Positions 29,733-34,187 of a stretch of 34,187 nt of DNA are shown one piece after another. Position 1 is the first letter of the stretch, and each line of letters opens with the position of its first letter. A program made the position numbers and the translations under genes. The stretch lies in NCBI GenBank assembly GCA_028877195.1, contig JAPPIL010000235.1, positions 1 through 34,187 on the forward strand, written 5' to 3'. Below the pieces are notes generated by a model. The model searched no databases, was not told the DNA's origin, and saw nothing but the letters and a program-made list of their open reading frames with translations. The stretch is from Pseudomonadota bacterium (GTDB lineage: Bacteria; Bdellovibrionota_B; Oligoflexia; Oligoflexales; JAPPIL01).

Positions 29733-30251
29733 ATGATGCATAACGGTGTCGATAAGCGGATGAAGGAGCATGCGCACCCTGCGAGTTGCTTGGTGGAACA
29801 GAGGCACAGCGCGCCGATACCTCTAGGTCTACCAATCGTTAGCATGGAGGGGCAAAGGTTGTGCTGCGACAAGGTTCATCTTGAGCTGCGGGGGTTGGAT
29901 TTCCTAATTATCGACGAGTTGATCATGCGGCGTGGGCGGTTGCTGCATGTGCGATTATTGCAGCTGATAGCGCAGGAAAGAGAGCGTCGAGGTCAACGGA
30001 GTTTGCGGCAGGTCGTGTTAGCGCGGCATGCCTATACGGTTATCCGCAAGCTACGGGAACTCTGTGCGGAGCGATTTGCAGCCACGCACCCACAAATACA
30101 CTGGTTACCAAACAAGGGCCGCAGCGATGCTTGGCTCTTACTGCGCCTTAAGGAGAAGCATGTGTTAGCGCACATGGATGCGAGTCGAAGAGTTGCCGAT
30201 CTCTTTCATCGTCATCAATTTCACTACGACCCCGTCAATCAAACATCGTGA
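29733..30251 (+). CDS. hypothetical protein; weak resemblance to an OmpR/PhoB-type winged-helix effector domain
   Basis: 172-aa Arg-rich ORF. The segment RSLRQVVLARHAYTVIRKLRELCAE...IHWLPNKG loosely follows the Trans_reg_C pattern (..vdvhI.rLRkkl....I.tv.g.G). The start is uncertain (Met1, Met2 or Met38). Confidence 0.35.
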   Translation: MMHNGVDKRMKEHAHPASCLVEQRHSAPIPLGLPIVSMEGQRLCCDKVHLELRGLDFLIIDELIMRRGRLLHVRLLQLIAQERERRGQRSLRQVVLARHAYTVIRKLRELCAERFAATHPQIHWLPNKGRSDAWLLLRLKEKHVLAHMDASRRVADLFHRHQFHYDPVNQTS

Positions 30252-30371
30252 GCCAGCATGCAGGTCTTGCTAATCGCAATCAGCAAGGTGTTGTGAAAAA
30301 TAGATTGACTTTGATCGCTAAAACCTAACAATCGTGGGCAGATTTTTGCAGCTAAAAATTAGGGGGCATTG

Positions 30372-30848
30372 ATGGGAACGATCAGTGAGCGTGAGATGGC
30401 AGGCAGTAGGGATAAGCTCATGAACAGCGGGCAGGAGTCATTGAACATCGGCATTGATGCGGAGATGAGGGCGATACTGAACCAAGATCAAATCGAGCGT
30501 TTAGAATTAGCGGCAAGGCACAAGCGCAACTATATTCATGCATCAGATGAAATGTTTGAAAGTTTAGTGATGTTTTCAAAGATACCGGTGCTAATAATTT
30601 TTTGGTCGTCGTGGTGTGATCTGTGCGATGCGATTATGCCGCTAGTAGACAAGATAGCGGGAGATTACTGCGACAAGTTGTTGGCAGTAAAGATGGACGT
30701 AAGCATGAGTCCTGATACCCCGAAAAATCTTAAGGTGCAGACATTGCCGACTTTCATCTATATGCGTGATGGTAAGGTAGTTGGACGTTTGATCGGTTCA
30801 TCAAATGCCAAGCTAATCAAGTTTGTCGCCGACCATACGCATGCGTAA
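30372..30848 (+). CDS. thioredoxin-fold protein with an atypical WCDLC active site and a ~60-aa N-terminal extension
   Basis: PVLIIFWSSWCDLCDAIMPLVDKIAGDY...TLPTFIYMRDGKVVGRLIG matches the thioredoxin fold (CxxC plus cis-Pro). AGGGGG SD at 30361-30366. ATG 30372; the ORF-track TTG is at 30369. Confidence 0.8.
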   Translation: MGTISEREMAGSRDKLMNSGQESLNIGIDAEMRAILNQDQIERLELAARHKRNYIHASDEMFESLVMFSKIPVLIIFWSSWCDLCDAIMPLVDKIAGDYCDKLLAVKMDVSMSPDTPKNLKVQTLPTFIYMRDGKVVGRLIGSSNAKLIKFVADHTHA

Positions 30849-31658
30849 GGCGGTTGCACCTTGATCGTGAATCGTCCAGCCTAGCGTTAAGAGTTTTTGT
30901 TTTTCTAGTGCGCCTTGCGGGGAGTGACGAGAGTTGCCTGCGTCGAGGGTAAGATTGTGTTGCTTGGTCGTCGCAACGATGCGCTGGAGCAAAAGGTCAT
31001 AAACAACAGTGGCGAGCGTCGAATCTTTGAACATGCCACTCAAGTCGGTGGCACTGGCGAAACTCCAGTGGGACAAGTCTGGTTGCACGAGGGTAGCACC
31101 TGCGAACATGTTTGACATGTCGCTAACTTGTGAAGTGTTGCCGCCTTTTAGGGTTTGGAGATTTTTGGCGTTGTAGAATGCACCGCGCAAGTATTGCCAG
31201 CCAAGATCACCGAGATCATGCACGGCGAGGAGGTTCATCGCACTGTCTGGAATCTCTTGGAAACTCCAACCCTCAACCACACCGTAGATTGAAACGACGT
31301 AAGTGCCAGCCGCCGCGTAAGTATGCTGGACGCGACCTGGGTGGGATTTGCTAGAGTAGTAGGGGTAGGCTTCGGTGTTGGCATCGTTGTCGCCCCAATC
31401 GATTGCAAACTCATACGACCAACCAGCTGGCAACGGGAGCACGATGGTCTCACCGCTGGCAACGCGCCACTCGCTAATGAAGGCATTGTAGGCGAGTTCT
31501 GTGTGGCAACCAGAAGCAGGGTTAATGGGCGGAATTATCGGTGGCACAGGGTTTGATGGTGTTTTGTCTGATTTTGCCGTGAAGAATGTGCTGCACCCAG
31601 ATAATCCACCTGTCCCGCATAGTGTCCCGCATAATGTTAGCAGCACTAACGACCGCAT
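30813..31658 (-). CDS. DUF285/BspA-type leucine-rich-repeat surface lipoprotein (short paralog)
   Basis: 281 aa. Lipobox GLSGCS. N-terminal module FISEWRV...LPLPAGWSYEFAIDWGDND. Repeats NTSQVSDMSNMFAGAT / LSHWSFASATDLSGMFKDS. C-terminal LTLGWTIHDQG. Confidence 0.8.
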   Translation of the reverse strand: MRSLVLLTLCGTLCGTGGLSGCSTFFTAKSDKTPSNPVPPIIPPINPASGCHTELAYNAFISEWRVASGETIVLPLPAGWSYEFAIDWGDNDANTEAYPYYSSKSHPGRVQHTYAAAGTYVVSIYGVVEGWSFQEIPDSAMNLLAVHDLGDLGWQYLRGAFYNAKNLQTLKGGNTSQVSDMSNMFAGATLVQPDLSHWSFASATDLSGMFKDSTLATVVYDLLLQRIVATTKQHNLTLDAGNSRHSPQGALEKQKLLTLGWTIHDQGATALRMRMVGDKLD

Positions 31659-31727
31659 CAGCGCTTCCTTTCAAGCAGTGTGTTACAGAAACATTCTAGC
31701 AGAACATGGCAGGTATTTAAATCAGCT

Positions 31728-32066
31728 TTAGAGCAGGCGCATCTCGGCTTTACGAAAACTCAACATGCTACGCCTAGCCTCGAACAGATTTTTATAGGAC
31801 TCGTAGCGAAGTTTGACTTTATCGGCTTGGGAGCGGGCTTCGATGAGTTTCTCTAGATAGGAGACATACTCGGCATCGACCTCCATCAGGCGACGGAGTT
31901 TCGTTTCGGAGTGATTGCCATCATCAAGGCGTTGCATAATCCTTGCTCTGACTGTGTGCTTGAGCAGTTCATAGCGATCGCAGACTTTTTTAGCCGCGAC
32001 TAGCTCTAGCCCGACCTTGTTGGCAAGATGCACAAGGTCTTCTAGTGTCATCTGTTGTGCGGACAT
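31728..32066 (-). CDS. hypothetical helical (coiled-coil-like) protein
   Basis: 112-aa ORF, charged and heptad-like, lying between the two DUF285 genes on the same strand. No family recognised. Confidence 0.45.
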   Translation of the reverse strand: MSAQQMTLEDLVHLANKVGLELVAAKKVCDRYELLKHTVRARIMQRLDDGNHSETKLRRLMEVDAEYVSYLEKLIEARSQADKVKLRYESYKNLFEARRSMLSFRKAEMRLL

Positions 32067-32179
32067 GTTGCAGCCACCAGTTTAAGGGTTTTGTCATTGC
32101 GAATACCTGCCTTAAGGCTACGAAAATTCAGCCACTGTATGCAAGTAGCTTCTGTTTGGCGTGCATTAGTTGTGCGGCA

Positions 32180-32398
32180 TTACTCGCGGCTAGCGATATC
32201 CACCCGCCTAAGATACCTGAACAGCAGGTAGTAGTTCTGGGCAATGAGCAGCAGTCCTGCGATCAGGGTGATGGCAAGCCATGAGATGCTTGCCAGCGGG
32301 TAATGTTGGTCGAGGTGGACACCAAGATAAATGCAGCCGATAACGATCGCAATCAGATGGAAAGACAGCACTAGCACTAATGTTAGTGCTTTAGTCAT
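32180..32398 (-). CDS. small two-TM membrane protein, AtpZ/ATPase_gene1-like pattern
   Basis: 72 aa from ATG 32398 (MTKALTLVLVL...). The ATG overlaps the upstream DUF285 gene end by 8 nt (ATGACTAA). IGCIYLGVHLDQHYPLASISWLAITLIAGLLLIAQNYYLLFRYL follows the G..lG..lD....P-TM2-y.l.r pattern of AtpZ-like proteins (weak). Confidence 0.45.
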   Translation of the reverse strand: MTKALTLVLVLSFHLIAIVIGCIYLGVHLDQHYPLASISWLAITLIAGLLLIAQNYYLLFRYLRRVDIASRE

Positions 32399-33980
32399 CC
32401 TGTGCTGTGCCACCCTCCATACCACCGTCAATGATTAGCCAGCCCCTAGCGATGAGCTGTGCTCTAGCAGCTGCGGCATTAGCGTGGTAACGACTATTGC
32501 CGACATCCAAAGGATAAGGGGTGCGGGCACGGTAGTTTTGACATAAGCGTCGCCCCTCGATCATGGTTGTCTTGCTCAACTGGATCAGCAGGGCACTGTA
32601 ATTAGCAGTAGACATGTTGACCCGCTGAAAAGTATCCTCAAAGCATCTTATTTTGGCAAAATTCCACTGCGACAAGTCAGGGTTGGCGCTGACGGCACCG
32701 CTAAATATAAGCGCTAAACTTTTTATATTACTGGTATCCCAACGACTTACATCAGGGTTAGCGTGGGGCGCATCCTTGAACATGCCTCGCACATCACTCA
32801 AAGAACTGGTGTTCCACCGCCTAACATCGGGTTCGGCATTGGTTGCATCAGCAAACATGTGGCTAGCATTGGTCAATTTGCTGGTATCCCAACGACTGAC
32901 ATCGGGGTTAGCATTTGGTGCGTGGCTGAACATGCCATCCATCGATGTAACATTGCCAACTTGCCAAGCGCTGACATCTGGGTCAGCAAGCGACGTATGG
33001 GCGAACAGATAGCCCATGTCCTCTACGTTGCTGGTATCCCACTTGCTGACATTAGGATAACTTGCAGTATTTTGAAACATGCTACTCATGTCGGTAACTG
33101 CACCGACATCCCAGTTGCTAACATCTGGGTTGGCACCAGAGTCGGCAAACATCGATGCCATGTTGGTTACCTTGCTCGTATCCCAAGTGCTGACATCAGG
33201 GTCAGCTACCTCATTGCTGGCAAACATGCTGTTCATTTTATGCACACTACCTGTTTGCCAAGCACTAACGTCGGGGTTCGCTTTCGAGTTGTAGAACATA
33301 TAACCCATGTCTGTTACTTTGCTGGTGTCCCAAGTGCTGACATCGGGGTTAGCGTTGACAGTGCCAGCAAACATCCAGCTCATATCAGCAACGTTGCTAG
33401 TGTCCCAAGTGCTGACATCGGGGTGAACTTCGGTATTATACATGAACATCCGATGCATATCGGTAACGCTACTCGTATCCCAATTGCTACTATCAACGCT
33501 GGTTTTTGTGTAGCCAGCAAACATCTCGCGCATGTTTGTAACTTGCCCTAACTGCCCACCTGCGACAGCTTTGAGGTTTGAGCAGCCTTTGAACGCTGCT
33601 TGCAAACTCTTCCAACCGACATCACCAAGTTGTGGAACATTGACGATTGCCTTGCGCGTAAGGATGTTTTTGCTCATGTCGAGCGCTTCTAACTTGCCAG
33701 TGATAACGATGCGGTAGTTACCCATTTCCTTGTAGACATGACGGCTGTTTGGATCATTGTATGCCTGCACTTGGGCGGTATGACCGTCGCCCCAATCGAT
33801 GCTGAAATCATAGTCAAAACCCTTGACCAGCGGCAAAGTGATCGTGCGAGCATAGCTGTTTACTTCCCATTCCGAAATGAAAGCGTTGGCTGGCACTGAC
33901 TGCGACAATGTTGACAAGTGGCTCGCAGTTTCAACATTGCAACCCAATAGCAACAACAATAGAGCGTAGAACTTCTGCAT
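32391..33980 (-). CDS. DUF285/BspA-type leucine-rich-repeat surface lipoprotein (long paralog, about 12 repeats)
   Basis: 529 aa. Lipobox LLLGCN. N-terminal FISEWEV...LPLVKGFDYDFSIDWGDGH module. About 12 units of 24-25 aa, PDVSxWDTSxVTxMxxMF. C-terminal ARGWLIIDGG. Confidence 0.9.
   Translation of the reverse strand: MQKFYALLLLLLGCNVETASHLSTLSQSVPANAFISEWEVNSYARTITLPLVKGFDYDFSIDWGDGHTAQVQAYNDPNSRHVYKEMGNYRIVITGKLEALDMSKNILTRKAIVNVPQLGDVGWKSLQAAFKGCSNLKAVAGGQLGQVTNMREMFAGYTKTSVDSSNWDTSSVTDMHRMFMYNTEVHPDVSTWDTSNVADMSWMFAGTVNANPDVSTWDTSKVTDMGYMFYNSKANPDVSAWQTGSVHKMNSMFASNEVADPDVSTWDTSKVTNMASMFADSGANPDVSNWDVGAVTDMSSMFQNTASYPNVSKWDTSNVEDMGYLFAHTSLADPDVSAWQVGNVTSMDGMFSHAPNANPDVSRWDTSKLTNASHMFADATNAEPDVRRWNTSSLSDVRGMFKDAPHANPDVSRWDTSNIKSLALIFSGAVSANPDLSQWNFAKIRCFEDTFQRVNMSTANYSALLIQLSKTTMIEGRRLCQNYRARTPYPLDVGNSRYHANAAAARAQLIARGWLIIDGGMEGGTAQDD
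32631..33629 (-). repeat. intragenic ~72-75-nt tandem repeats encoding the PDVS-W-DTS-V-DM-MF units
   Basis: The repeat is visible in the translated protein (aa ~118-450). It also produces a long mirror ORF on the opposite strand (32763..33551) with its own periodic peptide. Confidence 0.85.
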
Positions 33981-34187
33981 GTGTTCCTCGTATGTGTTTG
34001 CTGTAATATATCATAACATGCTATTATTGCTACAAGATTTGACTATAAAACAGACAACCAGCTGAACACTGGTTGAGCACAAGCGCTTGAGTTGTAACTT
34101 GAGAACAGCACTTGCGCGACCATGGCGACGGGGCTTTGTTGCATAAGTAATGCCTATTTTTTTTATACGAGAGGCGTTAGTCGCTCT

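Noticed and set aside
32763-33551. 262-aa plus-strand ORF with its own repeat (..H..HI.N....PSADIGV..)
   Set aside because: It is the mirror image of the DUF285 repeat region. The minus-strand frame has the lipobox, the conserved N- and C-terminal modules and the known repeat consensus, so the plus-strand ORF is an artefact of the repeat.
34122-34187. ATG-initiated open frame running off the right edge, and a CAACCAG/CTGGTTG hairpin at 34067-34087
   Set aside because: Only 22 codons are visible, with no SD and no recognisable sequence. That is too little to call a gene. The hairpin alone is not interpretable.

Overview
This window is the chromosomal replication-origin neighbourhood of a diderm (Gram-negative) bacterium. 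No rRNA, tRNA, CRISPR array, transposase or integrase was recognised. Lineage cannot be assigned from the sequence alone. The many lipoproteins, S1 proteases, DUF285/BspA-type surface proteins and a Cys-containing C-terminal sorting tag weakly suggest a Bdellovibrionota/Oligoflexia- or Myxococcota-like organism (low-confidence inference).

Core genes:
- On the minus strand, dnaA is followed by a 328-bp repeat-rich intergenic region that is the likely oriC. Then comes a tightly coupled chain dnaN-gyrB-gyrA, with a HEPN/MNT (HI0074/HI0073-type) toxin-antitoxin pair attached to the gyrA stop codon.
- Divergent from dnaA is a short atpI-atpB-atpE locus containing F0 subunits only.
- A translationally coupled hemE / lysophospholipid acyltransferase / uvrB / uvrC chain lies on the plus strand.

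Accessory content:
- (i) A five-gene minus-strand block encodes a heterodimeric ABC exporter with one degenerate ATP site, followed by three tandem paralogous S1 (trypsin-fold) serine proteases. The last protease carries a C-terminal Cys-TM-RRRR sorting tag. This is the best candidate for an undescribed functional module.
- (ii) A three-gene envelope operon encodes a secreted helical protein, a beta-barrel outer membrane protein and a 639-aa lipoprotein, none with a recognisable family.
- (iii) A cluster of two DUF285/BspA-like repeat lipoproteins brackets a small AtpZ-like membrane protein and a 112-aa helical protein.
- (iv) Smaller items are an orphan ExbD/TolR, an atypical CDLC thioredoxin, and several palindromes and tandem repeats in intergenic regions.

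All calls rest on reading the translated ORFs and the DNA by eye. No database search was run.
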